Shown here: positions 63,858 to 64,000 of the stretch, piece after piece
Layout of the letters: each line of letters opens with the position of its first letter
Numbering within the stretch: the stretch's first letter is position 1
DNA from: Pseudomonadota bacterium
Lineage (GTDB): Bacteria > Desulfobacterota > JAPLJL01
Assembly: GCA_026388655.1 (NCBI GenBank)
Contig: JAPLJI010000141.1
Span: 5,890 to 69,889 of the forward strand
Length of the DNA stretch: 64,000 nt
Reading direction: 5' to 3'
Program-made: the position numbers and the translations under genes
The notes under the pieces: model-generated
What the model saw: the letters and a program-made list of their open reading frames with translations, nothing else
Database searches by the model: none
Told to the model about the DNA's origin: nothing

Positions 63858-64000
63858 GGACGTCTTAACAACATTACTTAGATACCCCGCGGTCTTGTCG
63901 CGGGGAGGTTCATTGACCAATGACCAGATCACCAGCATAAAACAAAAATTACCAATAATTTTACGTTTCAGGGATGGAATTGAAAAACCGGCAATTCATT

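Overview
64 kb from an uncultivated Gram-negative-type bacterium (TonB-dependent receptors, lipoproteins, sigma-54 regulation; taxon not assignable from sequence alone), about 55% GC with AT-rich, repeat-filled intergenic regions. Left to right: (1) the adaptation end of a type I CRISPR-Cas locus (cas3 C-terminus, cas4, cas1, cas2, 3-repeat array with I-C-like repeats). It looks mosaic and decaying: a truncated second cas4 5-prime end, an inserted HEAT/Zn-ribbon/PD-(D/E)xK gene, and a cas1 about 48 codons too short. (2) A minus-strand chemotaxis operon (cheW-cheW-mcp-cheA-cheB-cheR-cheY plus a binding protein). (3) A cobalamin riboswitch followed by cobU-cobT-cobS-btuB-btuF-btuC-btuD. (4) Housekeeping and metabolic genes: KH protein, ferredoxin, mobA, ADP-forming acyl-CoA synthetase, comM-like, split transketolase, Fe-S protein, vapBC, glycosidase, FN3-RCC1 protein, DUF72, CYTH, tRNA-CAT, tilS, ftsH, folP, cdaA. 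(5) The most interesting neighbourhood: NtrC-type sigma-54 activator, TonB-dependent receptor, radical SAM/SPASM enzyme behind a sigma-54 promoter, a 24-codon ORF with a perfect Shine-Dalgarno, a family-5 peptide-binding protein, a Cache/HAMP histidine kinase, and a second perfect sigma-54 promoter driving a small protein plus a receiver. I read this as a candidate undescribed RiPP-type secreted-peptide uptake or signalling module. (6) A 2-hydroxyacyl-CoA dehydratase/benzoyl-CoA reductase-like cluster. Several families of REP/MITE-like palindromes and word-repeat hairpins fill intergenic and intercistronic spaces. All calls rest on reading the sequence and ORF translations by eye; no database search was run.
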